A DNA stretch of 62,337 nucleotides, the filler included, from Globobulimina sp. (Eukaryota), in assembly GCA_003354225.1 (NCBI GenBank). It is 29 parts of 29 records of this genome, joined end to end, with 100 filler letters (N's around TTAATTAATTAA, not from the genome) between each part and the next. Parts side by side here need not be neighbours in the genome. Positions count along the whole stretch, not along the records: positions 1 to 2,055 come from PIVH01009395.1; positions 2,156 to 4,210 come from PIVH01009396.1; positions 4,311 to 6,365 come from PIVH01009397.1; positions 6,466 to 8,520 come from PIVH01009398.1; positions 8,621 to 10,675 come from PIVH01009399.1; positions 10,776 to 12,830 come from PIVH01009400.1; 23 more parts are not named here. One strand, written 5' to 3'. How positions within the stretch are numbered: position 1 is the first letter of the stretch; every line of letters starts with the position of its first letter. Positions 1-11,529 of this stretch are shown here, one piece after another. The notes under the pieces are model-generated. The model was not told the DNA's origin. It saw only the letters and a list, made by a program, of their open reading frames with translations, and made no database searches. The translations under genes and the position numbers were made by a program.

Positions 1-239
1 TTGCAAACCCAATACACATGAATTCACCTTAATGGCACCTTGTTGCAACTAAAAATACACATAAATTAGAAGCAGATACTAAACACAAAAGACAAAAGTC
101 AAAACTAATTAGCTTTAGCTACACATTGGTATAAAGAACAATAACTAGCAGCAGCCTATTGTTATTTCTTTTTATTGAAGTTTTAGGTGTTCGTAAGAAG
201 AATTTTTATCAAATCATTAACCGCAAATTCGCAAATAAT

Positions 240-1529
240 ATGGCAGATTTTACACAAGCTATCAAAGTATTAAGTCGCCCACAATTAGATTTTATTCTGT
301 GTCGCGACAATTACGTTATCACTGAAAATATGCTCGGTTTTTCATCGCGTGATATGGAACAACTCATAGCGAATTATGCAGAAAATGCAATTTATATTAG
401 AACATATCCAGATTATCATAATACGACGCAGATAAAGCACGAATTACAACTAATATTAAAGGCAAATCGTGCAAATGATATGAGCCAATATGGATTTGCT
501 GTCCTTTTGGCCAATACAATCGACTTACAAATCGCTGGTAAAATCAATAAATTAGTGAGCGATGTTACCGTCGTACGACAAATGAGTGAAAGTAAACGCG
601 AATTCGTCAAATATGCAAAGGTGCTCTTCATAGTAAATGATGATGAAGCACATGCATTAAATAATGTAATTAAATTAATTAAAGAGCACTTAATTGGAAA
701 TACAGAATTTGTGCGGTATTTAGGTGGGAATGGCATAGATTCCGTATGTCACTTCACCACAAATAAGAACTCCGCGTCTTTATACAATTATAGAATTTAC
801 GGAATTAGACTCAATTTCTTTTCGTGCAGTATTAATGACTATGGCTCATTGCAGCAAATTGCCATTTTCTTCGCGACGAACATGAAACAGTTAAAACCGG
901 GCCAATGGGAATTTTTTGCCTCATTTGATGCCCTTAACCAAAGATTTAAGATGAATTCATTCGAATTGTCATCGAATACAAGAATTGAAGCATTATCGGA
1001 CAGTGAAAGAGTTTGTATACCGAAAAATTACACAATTAATGGCCTTCCGTGCGGATTAAATTTGAGAATTACCCGTTTGGGTAAAATTAGAATGTCAACG
1101 GACAGCAATTTATTGATTAACAATGAATGTCAAAAAAGTGACTTTCAATTAAAAATGAATGGATTATGCATTCATGAGCCTATTATTCAAAAAATTCATA
1201 TTCAAGCCCGACAGTATAAAAAATATCGTATTTCGATGCCGCTATTAATCAATGCTATGATTCGCGTATTTAACTATAAAAAAAGTGAAATTCATCCGCA
1301 AGATACAATAAATTATGCGATTCGGAGCAATTTATGGTCGATTAACAATTTAATCATACAATTTGATGTTTGTATGAATCAAAATAACGCGGATAGTGAC
1401 AGTGACAATGATGGCGACGATGATAATGATACAAATATGGAAAACAATCAAATTAAAAATAACTTAAATCAAATGAAGGCTCTACATTTTGGTGGTCCAC
1501 AGAACGAAGTGGATCGCCATAACGCATAA
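240..1529 (+). CDS. Intronless hypothetical protein (~430 aa), acidic C-terminal tract
   Basis: Long open frame with first ATG at 240 (MADFTQ). No family recognised. A second ORF (MTRIKPKP) starts at 1942 and runs off the contig. Confidence 0.55.
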   Translation: MADFTQAIKVLSRPQLDFILCRDNYVITENMLGFSSRDMEQLIANYAENAIYIRTYPDYHNTTQIKHELQLILKANRANDMSQYGFAVLLANTIDLQIAGKINKLVSDVTVVRQMSESKREFVKYAKVLFIVNDDEAHALNNVIKLIKEHLIGNTEFVRYLGGNGIDSVCHFTTNKNSASLYNYRIYGIRLNFFSCSINDYGSLQQIAIFFATNMKQLKPGQWEFFASFDALNQRFKMNSFELSSNTRIEALSDSERVCIPKNYTINGLPCGLNLRITRLGKIRMSTDSNLLINNECQKSDFQLKMNGLCIHEPIIQKIHIQARQYKKYRISMPLLINAMIRVFNYKKSEIHPQDTINYAIRSNLWSINNLIIQFDVCMNQNNADSDSDNDGDDDNDTNMENNQIKNNLNQMKALHFGGPQNEVDRHNA

Positions 1530-2055
1530 ACAGAGGCTACTCACCGCTTTATTTGGTGGTGAATAGCAATATTTTTCTCATTGAATAAATTGTGAGATTC
1601 TGTGTGGTGTTTTTTGTGTGTTTATACAAATTAATACGCTAATTTTGCAATCTCTGATTAAAATAACATATATCTTATTTCTCTGCGTATTTGTTTGTTT
1701 TTTGCTAAGTTTGTGAGTAAAGCGGTAACTGTCTGTCAGCAACGTTAAAAAAAACAGTTTTTTGTGTTTTATACGCTTAAATCTGCATAAATTTGTTGAT
1801 TTGTTATTTATTTTATTCCCTTCCTTTTTTTAAGCTTATTCCTTTTTTTTCTTTTTGTGTTTTTTTGTGTGTGTTTTTACCGAAGCACTTGAAAACTTTT
1901 ATTTTCTCCTAAATTTATATTAATAGATATTTAATAATTGAATGACAAGAATAAAACCAAAACCGCTAAAAGCCGGATCTATTGAATGGTATAAGCGGTA
2001 TCCTTTCGAAGCAAAAGCATATTACGCAAGATTGAAACGAAAAATTAATAACAAA

Positions 2056-2155
2056 NNNNNNNNNNNNNNNNNNNNNNNNNNNNNNNNNNNNNNNNNNNNT
2101 TAATTAATTAANNNNNNNNNNNNNNNNNNNNNNNNNNNNNNNNNNNNNNNNNNNN
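2056..2155. other. Artificial contig linker (first of 28)
   Basis: 44 N + TTAATTAATTAA (stops in all six frames) + 44 N. It recurs every ~2150 bp (4211, 6366, 8521, 10676 ... 58038, 60188), and intervening contig lengths fall from 2055 to 2050. Confidence 0.99.
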
Positions 2156-4050
2156 CTGCAATCCATTCTCGATCATCAGCGTCATATTCAACACCATTTA
2201 TGTAATTATTATATATCATATCCATTTGCTGCACCATTCGCGCGCATAAATTAGAAATTGTGCTTGCTTTCCGGCCATAAAACTGAATCTCTTCATGTCC
2301 ATATTTCTCATTTAAGTCCATTAATCGTGGAATAAATGCGCGAGAATGTGTGAATCTGCCTAGTGTTGGAATGTCATTATTTTGTGGCCCAACGCTGAGA
2401 TTTTCCATTCTCACAAACCGACAGCCATTGCATGCAATTCCTGCCACATCAAAATTATGTATACTCAAATCATGGATATATGCATTATTCACCATATTTC
2501 CGTGTATTCCGTGATGCGAACTCAATCCAATATGGCCCGGACCGCGGATTTCGACATTGCTGGCATAAAATACATCGGTTAATCCCCAGGTTGATGCTCC
2601 TTGAATGGGCAGAAACGGTTTCGAGGCTAATTCAATTAAACTGAAAAATCTTTGTTGTAAATAAAATCTCCGATCCATTGAGAATGCATAGCCGTTCAAA
2701 TTAATTATTACATCATCGCATTCGATTGTTATTCCTGCAAAAAAGCCCAAAGAATACGTGCCTTCATAGGTATATAGACCCGGATATTGAGTGAGTGCCT
2801 GTTCCTTTGTTGGATACCAATATAATCTGTAGCCGGTAATGCTGTTTGGACTGAAATCTGGCGACTCTTCTTCTGCTTTGCTGGGTGCATTAAAGTTGCA
2901 TTCTATATCTTGTGTGAAAATATATTCGCCGCACTCTCTAATCCTATAAGTACCGGATAAGAAATCCGATTGCGACAAATAATGCACATTGTTATCACAA
3001 TCGATTATGTCTGTTCCTTGGGTTTGTTTTTCAAACCTAATCAATGGATCGATGTAATCCATGGCATGTCGAATATCATTGGAACCAATTTGTTTTGCAA
3101 TAGTTACGTGTGGCAGCTCTCGTTTATTTGCAACTGTAATGTGAAAGTGTGAATGCTTAATGTTGTGTAATTTTGTAGTTCTAAGAGAAACATACGATAT
3201 TTTATAGGTTTTGCAGGAGGAAATAGTTGATAACATGTACAGGTTTGGCGTGTCATGGACATAACGGGTCTGTATATTAAATGGTGATTAACTCTCATTT
3301 GTGGTCCATGCAATGATGGCGTATCCGATGAGGTTTGCAATGCAAAACATTTAGACCAATATGTCGATTCTGTGTCCTTTTCAAAGGTGCCAGTATCACA
3401 TTTATTGCATGCATATTCGTTTATATTTTGAGAACAAGGATTTCCTGTAAATATATTATGCAAAAACGTTTTTCTTTTATAGAGAATTAAGGCATTACAT
3501 ACCGTCCATGAAATAGGTATAACAAAATAATGAAGAATCAGTATAATATGCGACGTTCTCATTTAATTTTGGATCTGATGAAGATTGGCATGATTGACAT
3601 TTACTTGCAACACGAAATTTCGTGTTTGAATTTGATGGTAACCACCATTGTCTGAATGCAAATTTTATTTTTTTTGGTTCGGACGGGATTGCAATGGTTG
3701 GTTTCCTGTACCAAAAAAAATAAAACTTGCCTAAATGTTGATGTATCATCAAAGTTTGTGGTAATAAAATCTAATGAAGTACGTGAATAATCCCATGATG
3801 ATAAATAAGATGATATTGATTGTAAACTCAAATCTAATGAGGGATCAATCATTGTATAACCATTTGAACAAATTGCTGGTATTATTGGTCCGTCTTCAAA
3901 TGGTTTAATATAATACAATCCATTGTCTTTATGGATTTCACTGTTTGGTGTTGCGTCGCATGTTGAGTATATCTCCACATATTCGACCTCATCCGAATTA
4001 GTTTCTGCTGCAATGGCAGGTAATAATAATATTAACGCTATCCAATTCAT
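2156..4050 (-). CDS. Secreted multi-exon protein: signal peptide, Cys-rich region, probable beta-helix-like domain (3' truncated)
   Basis: Signal peptide MNWIALILLLPAIAAE. The ORF pieces join via introns at 3652-3730 (GC-AG), ~3445-3502 and ~3134-3195. C-terminal part has GFFAGITIE, SHHGIHGN and FDVAGIACNG. Confidence 0.7.
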
Positions 4051-4750
4051 GCTAGATAACGTTTTTTAGTCCAAAACAGAATGTTGTGTAATGTGTAAGC
4101 GACGAAGGTTTCATTCCCGATCGCCGATTGAAAAATTATTATTCAAATGGCAATGTATTGTAACACTCACTGTATTCCAAGCATATATGCTCCATTATTT
4201 CTGCAAGGTTNNNNNNNNNNNNNNNNNNNNNNNNNNNNNNNNNNNNNNNNNNNNTTAATTAATTAANNNNNNNNNNNNNNNNNNNNNNNNNNNNNNNNNN
4301 NNNNNNNNNNGGTAACCCTCAAACTGCTACAAATAAGGAAGTAATAGCTGTCCGTATCGCAGCTGCAGATAATGTGTGGGTGCAATTCGGGTTAATGATT
4401 GCAGTGTTTTTTGTGGGTTTGTGTTGCGGACAGTTGCGGTGCAGTGATTGTGTTAAATAAAAACATTCATAATAAAGCATAACATATTTATTTATTTGTT
4501 TATTTTTTTTCTTTATACCTTTTTTTTTCAATTTATTTTTGAAGCCAAGTTAATTTTAATATTTGTCATTAATTCAAACGTTTTTTTCAACATCTCACAC
4601 ATTCACTGGATTTGTTTCATTTTGTTTTTGCCGTTTTTTGTGAGGGTCGGATCGCATCGGATAAAAGACCAAAAACTTGAATTAAATTTACATCACAAAA
4701 TGAACAATGCGTGCAAGGATACCATTAAATTAAATATCTAACAGTACATT

Positions 4751-5490
4751 TTATCGTTTTGTCGGTTTTCCAGCAGCAACAAATGAGTTTGATTGGTCCT
4801 CTTCTTGTTGTTCCGGCTTATCATTACCAGTCACGGTCACCTCATCACCTCCAATCTCAATTGCTTTCTTTTCTCTTTCTCTTTCTTTGCATTTTTCAAA
4901 ATTAAACTGCATATTGGATGGCATCATATTTATAAATTCATCAAATTCGACTTTACCATTCCCGGTGGTATCTGCCTCATCGATCATATCCTGGATATCC
5001 TGATTTGTAAACTCTTCGCCGAGAGATAACAATACATCTACAGACATATTATACACATATTTATATTATATTATATGTAAAATGATCGATATATAAATAA
5101 AATTAATTTAATACCTTTTAATTCGTTAAAATCAATGAATCCATCTCCATTTTTATCAAAAAACTTGAATGCGTCTTGATATTCAAAGGTGTTGGACGGT
5201 AAAAACATTCTGTTTTCCATCATTGTAATAAATTCATCAAAATCAATTTTTCCATCGTCATCTTGATCGACGGAGGCAATCATATCTTCAATTTCTTGTT
5301 TGCCAATATTCTGTCCGAGTGTCTTCAACACAGTTTGCAATTCATCCAAATCAATCACTCCATTCTGATCTTTGTCAAACAAATTAAATGCGATTTTCAG
5401 TTGTCCCACTTGTTGCCCTCCCAAAGTACTATTCATCCGCAAGTGTCCTCCATTAGTCTTTTCATCCATGGCAACAGTCTTTTCATCCAT
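4751..5490 (-). CDS. Calmodulin/centrin-like protein with four EF-hands
   Basis: EF loops DKDQNGVID, DQDDDGKID, DKNGDGFID, DTTGNGKVE. GT-AG intron 5038-5114 gives ELKDVLLSLGEEF. Confidence 0.9.
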
Positions 5491-5528
5491 TGTCGAAGCT
5501 AAAGTTTTACTAACTGAGTGCCTCAACC

Positions 5529-6365
5529 ATGAGCGCCTCCACAGGTGGATATCCCTTACAACTGTTCTTAAACAGAGACCACGCTCTGACCTTCGCCTGT
5601 GGCATGTTTAGTTGCTCTCCGATTAATTATAATTACGCATTTTTGCCACTACACATACAAAAACAATTTAAATTATTACAAATACAAAGCTGCGGCAATG
5701 TCTGTCGTGACCCAGTCCAATTAAATTGCAATTCGCACCACTTATTTTGTAACGAATGCATATCGCCGCACACCCGAACCAGCATCGAACCCATTTATTA
5801 TGACGCAAACAATCAAAGCAACCAATTGAGTGTAAATGATGATTATTCGAATCTGACCCAAATCCCGGTGTCGACCACGACGACCCACTGCCCCATCTGC
5901 AACGTGTCCAAATGTTCGCGCGTGGTCTGCCCCTCCACGGCGGATGAAATATTATTGTTATCCGTGCAATGCATGAATGCGCACTATGGCTGTCCATGGA
6001 ATGGCACATTAAACAACCAACACCATCACACAACGCATGCTTGCTGCCATTCTGCGCGTGATTGTCCAGTTACGTTTCATCGCAAACACACTCCATACAT
6101 ATAATAAATATATAATATAATCAATAAAATAAGTTTCATGTGTTTGGTTGCCATACAATGCGAGTCTCCAACACAGAGTTAATGCGACACTTTCAAACCG
6201 CACAAATGGACCATTTGCAGCTACAAATCAATGCCATCACCACTTTGCAAGCCGGCCAACAACAAATCCAGTCTCAAATCGACACTTTAAACAACCAACA
6301 GGTCCATTTAACCACTTTGATCACCACATACGACGCTAAAATAAAGCAGTTAGACGCTCAAATCC
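5529..6365 (+). CDS. RING + TRAF-type zinc-finger protein with coiled coil (3' truncated)
   Basis: Removing intron 5606-5689 gives the RING CGIC...C.SHHLFCNEC...CPIC. CMNAHYGCPWNG follows, and intron 6069-6133 gives CP-FHVFGC...H. Confidence 0.82.
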
Positions 6366-6465
6366 NNNNNNNNNNNNNNNNNNNNNNNNNNNNNNNNNNN
6401 NNNNNNNNNTTAATTAATTAANNNNNNNNNNNNNNNNNNNNNNNNNNNNNNNNNNNNNNNNNNNN

Positions 6466-7494
6466 TCATTCCTTGTGATTTTGTCGAATGTGAATGCGAA
6501 CCCGTCGAATGATTCGATTTCAATGATAACAGTGATGATGACGATCTATAGCGTTTGACTGCTTTTTTATTGTGATTTGACCGATAATTTATCGATTTCT
6601 CTTCATCAAAATCAGTCTCTTCCTCCTCATCTTCTTCTTCCTCCTCTTCATCATCGGGTTCTTCTTCATCATCATCGATATTGCTGCAATGGCTATTATT
6701 TAATTTTAATTTCTTTGTCATTGAACGCGATGTCGATGATAAGGATGTGGACGGTGTGGGCGATGGGTCAACGATATATTTCTTCATTTTATGGGATTTG
6801 GTATAATTTATATATTGATTCCAATCCATAATATATTTACATGATTGATACTTGGTAACAGATAGATTTTTGACCATCGAGGCGGAGCCATTGAAGCCAG
6901 CTTTGGTCACTAAATTTTCGATGGTGCACAATTTGTTCCATCGCTGTTGTCCAGGCACCTCGGGCAGATACGTCGCGTTGTAGCTTTTGCGACTGTTGCC
7001 GTGCTCATTATTGTCGGTGAAATGGATGGTGATGCCATTCTTGCCCAAATCCCAATCGTTCCATGATTTTGCGCGAATGAATGAGTGCAACAAAGAGATG
7101 GAACATTTGAGATAACCAATTTCTGAAATTGAGATTGGATCAAATCGTTTGTCGTTTAGGGCGCTCATAATCGAATATTTTTTTAATCCAACTCCGATTG
7201 GCAACTCTTGAGAAAAGGTACCAAGGCATCCACGTAATTCATCATATTTCTTTTTCACTGATCGCTTATACCACGTCACAAATACTGGCCTGTTTTCAAA
7301 GTGAAGGTGTTATTTGTTTGGGGCTGCGATTTTGCGTTGCATTCTGCATAAAAGTATATAAATACAAACATTTTGGCATGGCCCAAAGGCAGATTAGTCC
7401 AATCATATTGGCTTGGCACATTGGTCAATTCTTCTAGTAACATATCAAAGCAATAAGCACAATGATCCGATTGTGCTATCTTTGTACCTGACAT
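6466..7494 (-). CDS. AMMECR1: AMMECR1-domain protein with acidic tail
   Basis: HCAYCFD, then intron 7290-7369, then PVFVTW...LRGCLGTF, SALNDKRFDPI, ATYLPEV. Confidence 0.9.
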
Positions 7495-7840
7495 TTGTTG
7501 CTTCGAGGGATAATATAACACAACGCCGCAAATTTATTACAGGTTTACAGATTGTGTGTTAATGAATATATACGACAGACAAATAAATCCAAATATTTGT
7601 GAGTGGTATTTTGCTGTATTAAAACGAACGGATGATAGAAAAAACTAAATTGAGAAAAAAAACAACTGAGTAAAAAACTTGCTGTTTTATGTATATTTCA
7701 TCTTTAAAATTTATATATGAATGTATTCCTTTCTCAGATTTGTTGTTGTTTATATTTCGTTTTTTTGTATAAATTTTTTATCTGTTTTTTTGAATTTTAA
7801 AGTTTTTTCAGTGTAGTTATCTAGTTTTTAACTTGACATA

Positions 7841-8520
7841 ATGCCTTTCCCACAGCGAGTAGTGTCTTCACGAACAGATATTGAAGATGTCTATCAAGAA
7901 AACACACAAAACATATTGCAAAAAACAAGCGTATCAAACATGATTGGAGTATTGGAACAATTAAATAAAATAAGTATCTTTGCCGCAGAAATATTTACTG
8001 ATATACTGCAAGCGACAGAGGGCTGCAACAACAGAATCAAAAAAGTTCGAGGTCGCATCGGTTCAATCGACTCCAAATTAGAATGGACAGAGAAATTATT
8101 TTTAGACAATTCGCCGTCATATTTTTATGACAATCCATATCCAGGAAAAGAATGGCAACGCAAAGACCCATTGACCGGCTTATTATTTCGCAGAGATCGT
8201 GCATCAAAAAGCGTAAATGCGCGCAGATCGGCTGGTTTGCCCTTGCCTGACTTATCGCAAATGGATCGAATCTCGGCGTCCGGTCCCTGCGTCAAAAAGT
8301 ATTCCGACACTAACTTTTTTATGAACGAGTGGTTGGAGGCAGAGAAGAAAAAGATGGAAGAAGAAAAAGCCAAACGCAGAGAACGCAAAAAGAAGCGAAA
8401 AAAAAGAAAACGACAACAAAAAGAAAAAATCACTGGCATCGAGCGCTGGGTTTATGACCCCATCACTGGCCAGAAAGTGAAGAAAAAAGCGGCTGAAATT
8501 GCCGTCACGAAGTACGAATT
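7841..8520 (+). CDS. SCAR/WAVE family protein, N-terminal WHD + basic region (3' truncated)
   Basis: MPFPQRVV, GVLEQL..IS.FAAEIF, CVKKYSDTNFFMNEW, followed by a Lys/Arg-rich helix, as in the WAVE homology domain. Confidence 0.85.
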
Positions 8521-8620
8521 NNNNNNNNNNNNNNNNNNNNNNNNNNNNNNNNNNNNNNNNNNNNTTAATTAATTAANNNNNNNNNNNNNNNNNNNNNNNN
8601 NNNNNNNNNNNNNNNNNNNN

Positions 8621-9737
8621 CATTTGTCCAATCAATACCTGTTCGATACAAAAAAGGGAGCTTTTAATTTTATATAAACATCTTTGTGTTATTTGATTTT
8701 ACTCATTTTACATACCAACGTGCATAAACAACCTCATTGGGATGAAAGCAGCAGAAATCGGATAGGTTGCATTCGACCTTTTTTTGTAATTAAGCACACA
8801 CAAAATAGAATAACTTAAGTTATTTAGTTATACTTAACCATTCAGCAAACATTTCAAATGCAACATTCGCAAATGCATATAAATCACAAGCTGGACAATA
8901 TGCGCCATTCGTATATACATCATCGACATTACAACGTGCATTGGAACCATTTGTTGGATTTGTTAGACCCGAACATGTCACTTTTGTTGCAAACGAATGT
9001 TCCGAATAACTGGAACCGTGATTGTCATAAACTTGAATCACATCATTTTCTAAGACGGGACTAATATTCTCAGCAATTAACAATGGGGGGAAATCAACAC
9101 AATATTCATAAGAACCAGTTTGCAGATTACCGCCATCCCCGCACGCTTCAATCACATTGTATGATTCATCATAGATTTCAAATATATCACCATTCAATGC
9201 ATCAATTATTACCATTGGGTGATGGATTTGGTTTTCTTTTGTTGGATTCTTGTATGACACTTTTATAATCCAACTTAAATATGGATATGATTTATGATAA
9301 TAAATATATAATTTGGAGGGACGTGTTGAATAAACATTGTTTGAAATGATATCTAATCCACGAAAAGCAATATTTAATGCTTCTTCCTCATCTATTTCCG
9401 GCTCGATGCTTGGTACTAATTTATCAATATCTGTTTTATCATACCATCGGCCAGAGATTGGAATGCTTTTTCTTGGATTATCCGGATTTTGTTCAACAAC
9501 CAATGTTGCTCCAAATATCGGCAAACCTTTGTATGTTTGTTGTGTTTTATATTTTAATTCAAATTGGGAGGTTTCAAATGCTTCACCAATTATCTCATTA
9601 TTTTCTAAATTAATTTGTCTCAATTCAACACTCTCCAAATCAATTGCAATACCGAATTCGTGTACTTCATTATCAATAAATTTAGACTCAATTTGACACG
9701 TAATCACTGAAAGCACCAACCATAAAATACTATTCAT
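8621..9737 (-). CDS. Secreted M4 (thermolysin/elastase-like) metalloprotease precursor: signal, FTP and PepSY propeptide, start of catalytic domain
   Basis: QQTYKGLPIFG (FTP), IIDALNGDI (PepSY), GGNLQTGSYEY, NGAYCP. Introns 8778-8838 and 8639-8715 extend the frame to MRLFMHVGIDWTN. Confidence 0.85.
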
Positions 9738-10264
9738 TTTTGCGACTATATTGAGGCAAATGCGAAAGAGAAAGAGTTATAGTTGGAAGTTGTGTATAAA
9801 ATCCAAAACTTTCTTTTTTTGGAATATTAAAATATTTATACAAAACGTACATTCTAAATATTTATTTTCCTCGTATGGGATTTTGCATCATTTGCGTGCC
9901 TTTAATTGTTTCTAATTCTGTATCGCACCAAAACACGCTAATTATATTTTTCACAATTTATTTATTTGGATTGATTGCTGAATTAATATTTTCCAGCACG
10001 ACAAAATAAACTTAAAAACACACAATTTTATCACAAATAAAAAAACACAAAACTACAAACAATTTCATGTGATTGGTAATTGTTTTACAAAAATTAAGAT
10101 ATAACATACCAATAATTTAACAAAATCAAAACCTTGAAAGAATACAGAAATAATAAACAAAATAACAACAAAAATGAAAAAAAAAGGAGCACAGTAAATG
10201 ATAAATTACTTCAAACCAATAATGATTGAAATATTTTCTATGTAAGACAACAATTATAAAACAA

Positions 10265-10675
10265 CTAATCATTCACAAAAACTATCCAAGAAACCCCAAA
10301 CCCCATAAAAACGCCCAAAATAAAACATATAGACAATGCCGCTAAAATAATCCATTTCGTCCATTTATTCCGATTCAACGCCGCACGCTCTCCCTTATAA
10401 CGATGTTCCTTTCTCCCGCCACCATATCCATTCTCCTGATGGATCACAACCATACTATGTCCATGCTCCTCTCCATCATTATTCTTCTCACTATTTGGCC
10501 GCACTGCATACTGCGTATATGGCCGTCGCATATTACATTTCATTTCATCCTCTTCCTGGCAGTGACCACTGCGTTCCACGATATTGAGTGATTTTGACTT
10601 TGTTTTCGATGCTTGCACCAAACTGATCTCCTCCTCCCGTTCATGCAAATCCAATGTTTTATTCAATCTTTTTTT
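10265..10675 (-). CDS. C-terminus of a tail-anchored membrane protein (5' truncated)
   Basis: Open from the contig edge and ends in a single hydrophobic helix, WIILAALSICFILGVFMGFGVSWIVF. Confidence 0.5.
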   Translation of the reverse strand, partial: KKRLNKTLDLHEREEEISLVQASKTKSKSLNIVERSGHCQEEDEMKCNMRRPYTQYAVRPNSEKNNDGEEHGHSMVVIHQENGYGGGRKEHRYKGERAALNRNKWTKWIILAALSICFILGVFMGFGVSWIVFVND

Positions 10676-10775
10676 NNNNNNNNNNNNNNNNNNNNNNNNN
10701 NNNNNNNNNNNNNNNNNNNTTAATTAATTAANNNNNNNNNNNNNNNNNNNNNNNNNNNNNNNNNNNNNNNNNNNN

Positions 10776-10990
10776 CTTGTAATTATAGCCGCCCTCTTCG
10801 CGCAATGCCATACTGAGGAAATTCAACAAACACTCATATTTTTTCGGGAATTTCTCACAAACGCGTTCGATGGCGGTGATTAACACAATTTTCAATTCGT
10901 CGCCAATCTCAGTCATAAACTCAGTGATCGACGACAACAATCTCTCAATCGAGTATTCCGCAGTGGTTTGCAACAAAGTCGTTATACGGT
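10776..10990 (-). pseudogene. COPG: Coatomer gamma-COP internal fragment
   Basis: ITTLLQT.AEYSIERLL..I.EFM.EI.DE.KIV...AI...KFPKK...LLNFL...LREEGGY.YK matches gamma-COP. Sequence upstream is unrelated. Confidence 0.75.
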
Positions 10991-10994
10991 TTAT

Positions 10995-11210
10995 GTTTTG
11001 ATGCATGCAATAATTTCAAAGATTCCATTTCTTTTTCAATCCACATCCGATGATATTGGTCCTCAATACCAAATAATTGCAAATCTGCCTTTGTTAAATA
11101 TAATAACTAGTCGCCACTGATCTGTTCCAATCTAATTTTTTTAGCAAAAGTAGCATATCGAGGATGTCCATACGAATCAAAATAATCATAAACTTCATTC
11201 AATAATTTCA
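10995..11210 (-). pseudogene. SAM-domain-like fragment with in-frame TAG
   Basis: EVYDYFDSYGHPRYATFAKKIRLEQISGD*LLYLTKADLQLFGIEDQYHRMWI, with the stop at 11107-11109. Confidence 0.55.
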
Positions 11211-11529
11211 ATTATACAATGTTTTTGTCAGAAAAAAGAAAAAAAAAGAAGAACAAACATTTTAATTCCAGTTTTAATCCATTCCAATATGCTCCACACG
11301 ACGTATAATGTCTATATATATGTTTTATTTTTGACTTTTTTTTTATTTTTTATTGCAAAATCGCCTGTTGTTTTTGAGATTGCTTTTAAACTAAGATAGC
11401 ATATGCATATGTTACATAGATGTTTCGTATAGAAACCGCTATCGTAGTTTAAAAATCCAATCTCGGCTAGAAGTGACTGTAAAGGTGACATGCTTTCGAA
11501 TGTTTAACCTCCGAACTTAATTGGCAGTA

